Part shown: positions 61,906 to 63,623 of the stretch, piece by piece
Layout: every line of letters begins with the position of its first letter
How positions within the stretch are numbered: the first letter of the stretch is position 1
From: Negaprion brevirostris
Taxonomy: Eukaryota
Assembly (NCBI GenBank): GCA_030324005.1
Contig: JARDVH010000124.1
Span: 33,183,836 to 33,247,458, forward strand
DNA length: 63,623 nt
Reading direction: 5' to 3'
Notes under the pieces: generated by a model
What the model saw: only the letters and a program-made list of their open reading frames with translations
Told to the model about the DNA's origin: nothing
Database searches by the model: none
Made by a program: the position numbers and the translations under genes

Positions 61906-63493
61906 GTATAAAGGGATTTTCACAGTAACTTCATTGCAGTGAACAAATTAAAAAATGTGTCGTAGAACTGGTAGTACTTTGAAAGCTAGCTATTGCCTGT
62001 TGACCATCAAACCTCTTCATGTATTTCGTCAGTCCACCCGATTGTCATTTCGTTAGTTCAAATTTAAGATCCCTATTTTCAAAATGAACGATATCACTTC
62101 AAAACTCAGTGTGAAATTCTGTCATATTATGGTTGCTATTTTCTAGAGACTACTTTTCAGCAAGATTATTAATTAGCCTGTTCTCATTACATCATACTAA
62201 ATCTAAAATAGCTTGATCCCTGATTGGTTCTTCAACGTACTACCCCAGAAAGCGATCTCGTACACACTGCAGGAATTCGTCCTTCACACAATCAGTGCTA
62301 ATTAGGTTTACCCATCGATAAATAAATTGAAGTCACCCATTGACATTCTATTACGTATGTTGCATGCGGCTCTAATTTCCTGATTTATATCATGCCATCT
62401 AATATTGCCACTACAGGTTGGCAGCCTGTAAACAACTTCCTGCCTTTCGCTGTCTCTTAGCTCTACCCAAAATGATTCTCCATATTTATCCTTCAGTCGC
62501 AGTAATGTCTTCCTTTATTAACAGCGATACCTGACCTCCTTTTCCTTTTTTTCTATTATTCCTAAATGCCAAATACCCTTGAGTATTCTATTCTTAGCTT
62601 TAGTCACCCTGTAGCCACGTCTCTATAATGGTAATTCAGCCATAGCCATTTTTCTCTGTTTGTGCCTTTAAATCATACACTTCATTGCGCAGCTTGTGCG
62701 CATTCAGATAGCATGCCCTTAACTTGTCTTTTTAACAACATTCTACACTCTTGTCCTATTTGATACTTGCTTTTGCTTTGAATACCTTCTAATTTTGCTT
62801 ATTACTTTTCCACTTCCTGTTACCAGTTTTGCTACGCTCCAATCTGAGCTCCCTCTGAGGTATCAAATCCCTGCCAATGTAGTTTAAACCCCCTCCAACA
62901 GCGTCAGCAAATTATCCTAACAGGACCAGAGTTAACTAGGATGCAACCCATCCATCTTGTACAAATCCCACCTGTGCTGGAACCAGTCCCAACACCTCAG
63001 AAATCTGATATCCTCCCTTCTGCATCAATTCTCCAACCACATGCTCGATCCTCCTATTCCTTTCCTCACCAACACATGGAATTGGAGTAATCCCAAGATT
63101 AATGCCTTTGAGATCCTGCTTTTCAGTTTCTTTCCTAACTCCCTAATAGCCGCTTTCAAGATTTCATCCCTCTTCCTACCTATGTCCTCGGTACCAATGT
63201 CAACTATGACTTCTGGCTGTTCATCCACTCTAACATTCTTGACCCTGGCACCAGGGAAGCAATGTACCAGGATAGTTTTAACTACAAGCTTTGTTCTATG
63301 TGCCTGTATTTCTTTTGCAGCTGTCGAACAGGAAATGTATTTCTGTTGGGTGCAGCTAACATTGCCAGTATTTTTTTTCTTCCCCACCCATCACCAAAAT
63401 GAAGTTTTGCCCTTCAAAATAATTGCCAGTCAAAGCAATGGAGCACTTCGATATATTGTGACCTCCATAGAGACTGATCACTTTTGAAAAAAT

Positions 63494-63623
63494 AGTGGTA
63501 GGGAAATTATTGGAGAGGATTCTTCAAGACAGGATTTATTCCCACTTGGAAATAAGTGGGCGTATTAGTGAGAGGCAACATGGTTTTGTGAAGGGGAAGT
63601 AGTGTTTTTTAAGGAAGTGACAA
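63494..63623 (+). mobile_element. CR1 RT fragment at window edge
   Basis: SVVGKLLERIL.DRIYSHLE..QHGFVKG motif. Confidence 0.8.

Larger units (their letters stand above)
57738..63255 (-). mobile_element. Long CR1 LINE (3' UTR, RT, EN region and ORF1 esterase) fragmented by nested insertions; pieces ~57738-58815, 59940-60237, 60452-60481, 61960-63255
   Basis: Terminus aagaacataggagcaagagtaagccattcgacccgtcg; RT SVLRPQLFTIYINDL..FADDSKLG (ORF 58415-58726); SPGP-like motif near 59990; ORF1 VHCFPGARVKNV..PEVIVDIGTEDIGRKRDEILKAAIRELGKKLKSR (ORF 63025-63387). Confidence 0.8.

Noticed and set aside
62957-63487. 176-aa + strand ORF
   Set aside because: Antisense shadow of CR1 ORF1.
24026-63623. Further MGMT exons (C..WL.AYF region, PCHRV active site)
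   Set aside because: Not found by eye in the window. The orthologous human intron is far longer than 40 kb, so they probably lie downstream.
1-63623. Prokaryotic features (operons, CRISPR, rRNA/tRNA genes)
   Set aside because: Sequence is vertebrate intronic DNA; tRNA-like segments are SINE heads and no regularly spaced repeat array was seen.

Overview
Non-coding-dominated vertebrate genomic DNA from a draft assembly with many N gaps. It is almost certainly a shark, probably carcharhiniform, judging from HE1-type SINEs, SacSINE1/DeuSINE-like SINEs and abundant CR1, L2 and RTE LINEs. The only host coding sequence I can support is one 140-nt + strand exon (23886-24025) encoding the N-terminal part of O6-methylguanine-DNA methyltransferase (MGMT), so the window appears to be the two large introns flanking that exon. 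The ends (about 1-7 kb and 57.7-63.6 kb) are packed with nested LINE/SINE relics. Several internal stretches are AT-rich and nearly transposon-free and look like conserved non-coding elements of the MGMT/EBF3 regulatory landscape (inference). The most unusual object is a 279-bp poly(A)-tailed element on the - strand (22095-22373). It carries two separate pieces of U2 snRNA and three hairpins, and it is nested in an older DeuSINE-like SINE: a candidate U2-headed SINE or non-autonomous derivative of a U2-targeting retrotransposon. Almost all ORFs in the supplied track are decayed LINE fragments, N-spanning artefacts or chance ORFs. Repeat boundaries are approximate and family names come from motif recognition, not a database search.
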